Below are positions 58,812 to 64,000 of a stretch of 64,000 nucleotides of DNA, piece by piece. Numbering within the stretch: the stretch's first letter is position 1; each line of letters starts with the position of its first letter. The stretch covers positions 288,001 to 352,000 of the forward strand of contig CBDHDF010000007.1 in NCBI GenBank assembly GCA_965261545.1. Reading direction: 5' to 3'. A program made the translations under genes and the position numbers. This stretch comes from Bdellovibrionales bacterium. Its GTDB lineage: Bacteria; Bdellovibrionota; Bdellovibrionia; Bdellovibrionales; UBA1609. A model generated the notes under the pieces. The model worked only from the letters and a program-made list of their open reading frames with translations. It was not told the origin of the DNA and ran no database searches.

Positions 58812-60521
58812 TATTCAGGGGGTGCCGCATTAATTCGAACAATTTTTTTAAAAAAAGTATAAAAATTCTTGACAAGTTTTTGAAGCAAACGACCTCTTTC
58901 ATTTGTTCTTTATCGAATATGTTCCTGCATATGGCTTAAACTCTCTGAGAGCCATAGTATTGAAAGATTGTGAAACATAGGTCGCGGGGGGCACTTCTCA
59001 TTCCTTTTGCTTCTTAGAACGAATCCTAGTGCATTTTTTTTAATGAAAAAAAGGCATGTTAATATTTTCATAAGGTAAGTATGAAAATAGAAAATATTGA
59101 CGTGTCTTCAGCCATAAATAAAATCAGGAAGCTTCTTAAGAAAGAGAAGTCCCTTTCTCCCGCTTTTATTGTGGCCATTGAGTTGTTGATCAAAATCATC
59201 ACTATTCTAGTAAATCAAAAAAAATTAAATAGTCAAAACAGTAGTATTGCCCCTTCTCAAGATCCGAATGGCCCTAAAAAGAAACCTAAGGAAGAAACTG
59301 GTAAGAAGCCAGGAGGACAACCCGGACACGAAGGAGCTACTTTAAAACCCGTGGATACTCCAGACAAGGTGGAGTTCATTTCTATTAATAAAGAGGAACT
59401 TCCTCCAGGTGATTACATTTCTTCTGGAGTTGAAAAGCGTCAAGTATTTGAGGTAGACCTTTCTGTGCATGTCACGGAGTATCAAGGAGAAATCCTCGAA
59501 GACCAAGATGGGAATCAGTGGGTTGCAGGTTTTCCAGAAGGAATCAATAACCCAACTCAATATGGCCCTTCTGTGAAAGCTCACTCAGTTTATATGTCCC
59601 AGTTTCAGTTAATCCCTCATCTTCGAGTCGCAAGTTACTTTAATCAATGGGGTCTATCGCTTGCTGGATCTACGGTACACAATTTTAACAAATCTGCCTT
59701 TGAGGCTCTGGAAGCTTTTGAGGAGTGGGCAAAGGAAACTCTTCTGAACTCACCTTTGATTCATGCTGACGAAACTGGAGTGAATGTTAATGGGAAGAGG
59801 CTGTGGTTTCACCTCTTGTCCAATGATACTGTGGTTCTCTATCAGGTGGACGAAAAAAGAGGCGCAGAGGCTATGGATCGCATGGGAATTCTTCCAAAAT
59901 ACACAGGGATTGTTTGTCATGACCATTGGAAACCTTATTATACATATACTTCCTGCATTCATGCCCTTTGCAATGCGCACCATTTAAGGGAGCTTCAAAG
60001 AGCTTGGGAGCAAGATGATCAAAAATGGGCAAAAGAAATGAAGTCTCTTTTAGAGACAATAAACAAAGAGGTGCACGATACGCAGAACCAATGCCTTTCA
60101 CAAGACCGAATTGAATATTACAAAGAGAAATATCGAAATATTCTCTTCGAAGGGGAAAAGGAATCTCCATTAATGGAGAGGACAGAGAAAAAAAAGAAGG
60201 GAAAGGTTAAACAATCCAAATCTAGAAATTTACTAGATCGACTGAGAAACTTTGAAGATGATACCTTGCTATTTATGAAGGACCCCATAGTTCCATTTAC
60301 GAATAATATAGCAGAAAATGATCTGAGAATGACCAAAGTTCAGCAGAAAATATCTGGGTGCTTTCGTTCGTTGATGGGAGCCAAGACATTTTGTAGAAAC
60401 CGAAGCTTTCTCCTGACTTGCCAGAAAAATGGCATAGAACCTAAAGATGCTCTAAATATGCTATTTCAAGGAAAACTTCCCTCATTTATGACTCGAATTC
60501 GCCCACCCCCTGAATAGTTAC
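58807..60521 (+). mobile_element. Complete IS66-family element, single-ORF type (1715 bp)
   Basis: 18-bp perfect TIR GTAACTATTCAGGGGGTG; GTAA termini and 8-bp TSD are IS66 hallmarks. Confidence 0.93.
59081..60517 (+). CDS. IS66-family transposase (TnpC-like)
   Basis: NSS.APS.D, GGQPGH.G, HADETG, HDHW, C.AHHLREL, FTNN.AE.DLR. Confidence 0.94.
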   Translation: MKIENIDVSSAINKIRKLLKKEKSLSPAFIVAIELLIKIITILVNQKKLNSQNSSIAPSQDPNGPKKKPKEETGKKPGGQPGHEGATLKPVDTPDKVEFISINKEELPPGDYISSGVEKRQVFEVDLSVHVTEYQGEILEDQDGNQWVAGFPEGINNPTQYGPSVKAHSVYMSQFQLIPHLRVASYFNQWGLSLAGSTVHNFNKSAFEALEAFEEWAKETLLNSPLIHADETGVNVNGKRLWFHLLSNDTVVLYQVDEKRGAEAMDRMGILPKYTGIVCHDHWKPYYTYTSCIHALCNAHHLRELQRAWEQDDQKWAKEMKSLLETINKEVHDTQNQCLSQDRIEYYKEKYRNILFEGEKESPLMERTEKKKKGKVKQSKSRNLLDRLRNFEDDTLLFMKDPIVPFTNNIAENDLRMTKVQQKISGCFRSLMGAKTFCRNRSFLLTCQKNGIEPKDALNMLFQGKLPSFMTRIRPPPE

Positions 60522-61051
60522 TATGAATCTCCGGGGTAGTTTGGACGCACGAATCCACTATCCGTTCTTCGAATTTTTTCAAATGTCCGAGTTTTTAAAT
60601 CATCCTACATTACATGAAATCATACTTTTTTAACGCTCTAATCCACCTTGGTGCATTTTTTTTCACCATGAGCTTTTCATAGTCAATTCCAGGGTCTTTG
60701 TAGGGGGTGTCATTACTTATGACTGAATAAACAACTCCCATCATTTTGTGACCAACGGCAATCACTGATCTCTTGTGCCCACGCCTTATAACAAGTGATT
60801 GGTATTTGCCTTTGAATTGTGAATTCGTCTTAATAGCACTATTGGCCATCTCACATACCAACGATTTCACATATGTGTTCGCTTTCCTCGTTCGTGAAGA
60901 CTTTTTTTTTCCTGCGCTCTCATTATTGGATGGGCAAATCCCCATCCAGGAGCAAAAATTTCCTTTATTTTTAAAAGACTTCACATTGCCTCCTATTTCT
61001 GCAATCAAAAGCGCTGCACTTAATTCGTCAATTCCAGGTATAGTCTGGAGT

Positions 61052-62468
61052 CAATGCCGTTTCCTTAAGAAAAATCTCTTGAAATTATTAGATAAATCGA
61101 CAAGAATAAGACTTGTTTTATTTTACACCCAACCCTCAACCAAGGAGTAAGTCACATGCAATCCAATATTGATCTCGAAAGCCCCCAAATGACGAGTTCG
61201 CGTCACAGATGACCATTTTATTCTACCAAAACTTGATTCTTCCTTCAAGCCAGAGCACCTTGTCGATCCAGAAAAACAAAAAAGGAATCGAAAATTTAAT
61301 CCTCAAATTTTCTTTTTTACCATTATCTATCTTATTTCAGGAACAAATTACGAAGGCTACCAAATCGCTCTTAAGACGGTATGGACTCATTTTGGTGACC
61401 TGCTTCTCATGCCAGTCAAAAGCAGTCTCAGCAAGATACGTCAAAGTATTTCTTACCTATTTTTCAAAGATATCTTTGAATCTCTGATTACAGACTACGA
61501 ACCATTGAGAAAAACGTTTCATGGTTTTTATATCTATGCCATAGATGGCGACCAATTAGCACTTCCTCGCTCTAAAGATCTTTTAAAGGAGGGTTATTGT
61601 GGGTACCCTTGCCCAAATGAGATGGAAACTCATTTCTTACGTATGTATCTATCTCATGCTTATGACGTTTTATCGGGTGTGACAAAGAATCTTTGCTTTT
61701 CTCCCGCTCTCAACGAAATCGCCAATGCTATTCAAATGATAGGTAGTTTTGAGAGTAATAGCATAACTCTCTACGATAGGCTTTATTTATCTACAGAGAT
61801 TATTAAGGCCCATGCTCAAGCCAGTAACTTCTTTATTGCGCGTTGTAAGCGAGGCTCTACTTTTATCCCCATCGTAAATTTATTTAATGGCCCAGGTTGG
61901 TATTCACAAATGGTTATTGAGGGGGTGGTCATTCATCTCTATAAGTATAAAAACCCAAAGACTGGGGAGTTCTCTGTTTTGGCCACTAATCTTCCGCATG
62001 GCTCCTTGGACAAGAAGGATATGGTTGCTCTTTACTCTCGTCGTTGGGAAATAGAAACGACATTTCGTGATTTTACATCGACAATGAAAATGGAGCAGTG
62101 GCACTCAACAAGCCTTAATGGAATATTGCAAGAGCTGTATTCTTATTTTTGGCTCTTCAATTATACAAAGATTCAAATGAGCATAAATGAGGATGAAGAC
62201 AGTGTGAATCAGTTGGTAAAAAATGACTACAAAAAACCTAACTTTAAACTGATTCTTGATTTCATAATGGATAGCATCCCCCTTTTTGTTGCGGGGCTCT
62301 ATCAGAAATTTAGGAAGCAGATAAAGTTGCTGATGAAGATTTCAATGGAGAAGAGGAGGCACTTCAAAAGAAGCTATGAAAGGTCTATCAAAAGGGCTGG
62401 GAGTTCTTTTAAAAGAAATAGCTTAACGCAGAGGCAGAGGGGTGTGGTGGCTTAAGGAAACGGCATTG
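61052..62468 (+). mobile_element. IS4-family element, copy 2 (1417 bp)
   Basis: 18-bp TIR; 10-bp TSD AGTCTGGAGT at 61042-61051 and 62469-62478. Confidence 0.96.
61193..62455 (+). CDS. IS4-family transposase (frame open from 61193; first ATG only at 61409)
   Basis: KRNRKF N-terminal motif is in frame upstream of the ATG; AIDGD, YDR, RWEIE. Confidence 0.85.
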   Translation, partial: RVRVTDDHFILPKLDSSFKPEHLVDPEKQKRNRKFNPQIFFFTIIYLISGTNYEGYQIALKTVWTHFGDLLLMPVKSSLSKIRQSISYLFFKDIFESLITDYEPLRKTFHGFYIYAIDGDQLALPRSKDLLKEGYCGYPCPNEMETHFLRMYLSHAYDVLSGVTKNLCFSPALNEIANAIQMIGSFESNSITLYDRLYLSTEIIKAHAQASNFFIARCKRGSTFIPIVNLFNGPGWYSQMVIEGVVIHLYKYKNPKTGEFSVLATNLPHGSLDKKDMVALYSRRWEIETTFRDFTSTMKMEQWHSTSLNGILQELYSYFWLFNYTKIQMSINEDEDSVNQLVKNDYKKPNFKLILDFIMDSIPLFVAGLYQKFRKQIKLLMKISMEKRRHFKRSYERSIKRAGSSFKRNSLTQRQRGVVA

Positions 62469-63671
62469 AGTCTGGAGTAGATGCCACTGCCTTTCATAGG
62501 GTTTCATACGAATGAAAAGTTCTTCTTCAATTTGAGAGCATTCTTTTTTCAAAAAATCTATTCGATCAAGAATGCGTTGAAGAACAAAACGATTTTCTTC
62601 CGTCATCTTTCCCGACAGGGCGTAAGAAAATTCTTCGGTCTTTTGACGTAAAGACCCTCTGGCAAGAGACATCAATTTAGAAACTGATCTCTCTCCATTA
62701 GCTATGGCACGAATCATGGCCATACCAGATACGCAGTCAGCTTTAGACATTGCATAGGTTAAACGAATGCCTGAATATTCAAGAACCTTATACATACGAT
62801 TTTGTTCCGAAGATATTTGGCGGATCGTTTTTGTACGATAACGAGCCAAAAGTCTAATAGAACGAATCTCACGTGGAGGAATGAAGCTAGCTCTTAGAAG
62901 ACCACAAGCACCAAGCTCTGCAATCCACTGGCTATCCAACACGTCAGTTTTTTTACCAGTAATATTTTTGACATGAAAGGCATTGATAACATCTACTTCA
63001 TAACCTTTTTCTGTCAAATCATCGTATAAAGAATTCCAATAAATCCCTGTGCTCTCAAAAAGAACTCTCTCAACCTTATGTGGCTTCATCCAAGAGCGCA
63101 TTCTAGGAAAATTTTTTGGAAAATTCTTGAACTCTTTTGTGAAAAACTTCTTCTTACCGTCTTCCACTTTGACAATCGTACACATCAACATATGTTGATG
63201 AACATCTATTCCACAAACAGAACTATAAATAATATCCACATGACTCCTCCTTTCTGTTAGAAAAAAAGAAGGTGATAAAACTAGAGCCTTGGGATTTTGC
63301 CATAAATTCTAAAGCGAAAATAGGTCAACTTACTATACGTCCATACACTCAGAGTGCAGGTACATGCGTGGGTTCGATCCAAAGCTCAAGACCATGTTAC
63401 TTCACGGAATTAAAATTACCAATCTATTCAACGGCCACTCATCTTATCACCTTCCAATAATGTTATTGCTTTATCCTTTATTGTATCGGAATCATACATG
63501 ACAAAAATACCATCAAAAGTCCAGAGTAACTAAAAGAGGCCAATTATATAGACCAGCGAAGCTGTCCACCGAGTTGCTTCGTGCAAAGAAGTGGGGGCCT
63601 AGAAAGATTCATGGGCGTGGGTGGGGAAGCAAGGCGCCCCCATGAATGTTACAAATTCTTTTGATTCCCTT

Positions 63672-64000
63672 TTAATTTCTTTGTGAATAGTAGGGGTGAG
63701 AGTTTCTCATCGTTGAAGGTAAGCCTCCAATGGCGGCAGGCGCTCCCGTGAGGGATTGGCCATTGAAGCCTATTCCCATAAAGGGTGTAAAGCCGCCTCG
63801 TGCCTCTTTGTCCAGGCCGTAGTAGAGGCCCAAAACAAAGTCGAGAGGGAAGTGATAGCCAATGGTTGTACTCAGCTTAAACTCTGCTCCTGTCCCTAAA
63901 AAAGAGCGATTCATGGAGACTCTTTCGTAGAGCTGGGTATCTCCATTGGCAAAAAAACCGTCCACCGCCACATAGTCTATAAAAAGACCTCCGTGAAGTT
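63672..64000 (-). CDS. C-terminal part of an outer-membrane beta-barrel protein (partial)
   Basis: Amphipathic strands GTGAEFKLSTTIGY.FPLDFVLGLYYG; frame appears to continue beyond the window end. Confidence 0.55.
   Translation of the reverse strand, partial: LHGGLFIDYVAVDGFFANGDTQLYERVSMNRSFLGTGAEFKLSTTIGYHFPLDFVLGLYYGLDKEARGGFTPFMGIGFNGQSLTGAPAAIGGLPSTMRNSHPYYSQRN

Larger units (their letters stand above)
60610..63239 (-). pseudogene. IS110 recombinase split by an IS4 insertion
   Basis: N-terminal part 62469-63239, C-terminal part 60610-61051. Confidence 0.92.
55399..63652. mobile_element. Composite IS110>IS110>[IS66]<IS110(::IS4), flanked by the 8-bp TSD AAATTCTT
   Basis: AAATTCTT at 55391-55398 and 63653-63660; all internal junctions fall on GTAAC/GTTAC. 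Confidence 0.93.
60517..63652 (-). mobile_element. IS110-family element, copy 5 (inverted, at the IS66 right TIR), disrupted by IS4
   Basis: CCCCCTGAATA-GTTAC-TATGAATCTCC junction; length equals 1709 bp after removing IS4 and one TSD. Confidence 0.95.

Overview
Bacterial chromosomal window, most likely a Bdellovibrionota-like organism (inferred from the TadC-FHA/TPR locus, LspA fusion, S74 fibre proteins and REC-DUF4388-TPR regulator). Housekeeping and signalling genes (maiA, cpoB-like, pal, ilvA, rsmD, coaD, aminotransferase, kdsA, lipB, hemL, lspA, dacB, several two-component genes) are interrupted by three nested IS clusters at 12.9-16.5, 22.2-31.6 and 55.4-63.7 kb. The most striking observation is an IS110-family recombinase element (1704 bp, 5 copies) that is inserted at the terminal GTAAC of an IS66 element. 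At 55.4-63.7 kb it caps both IS66 ends while the 8-bp IS66 target duplication AAATTCTT is still intact outside. Its left non-coding end folds (by hand) into a two-loop, bridge-RNA-like structure whose loops match the IS66 inverted repeat and the element's own circle junction, and its first 20 bp resemble the IS66 inverted repeat. Also notable are three translationally coupled prepilin / beta-roll / S74-chaperone fibre genes, an IS1634 inserted into a copy of itself with a 248-bp direct repeat, and an Rpn gene with an internal start. No rRNA, tRNA or CRISPR array was seen. All product calls come from motif recognition; no database search or folding program was run.
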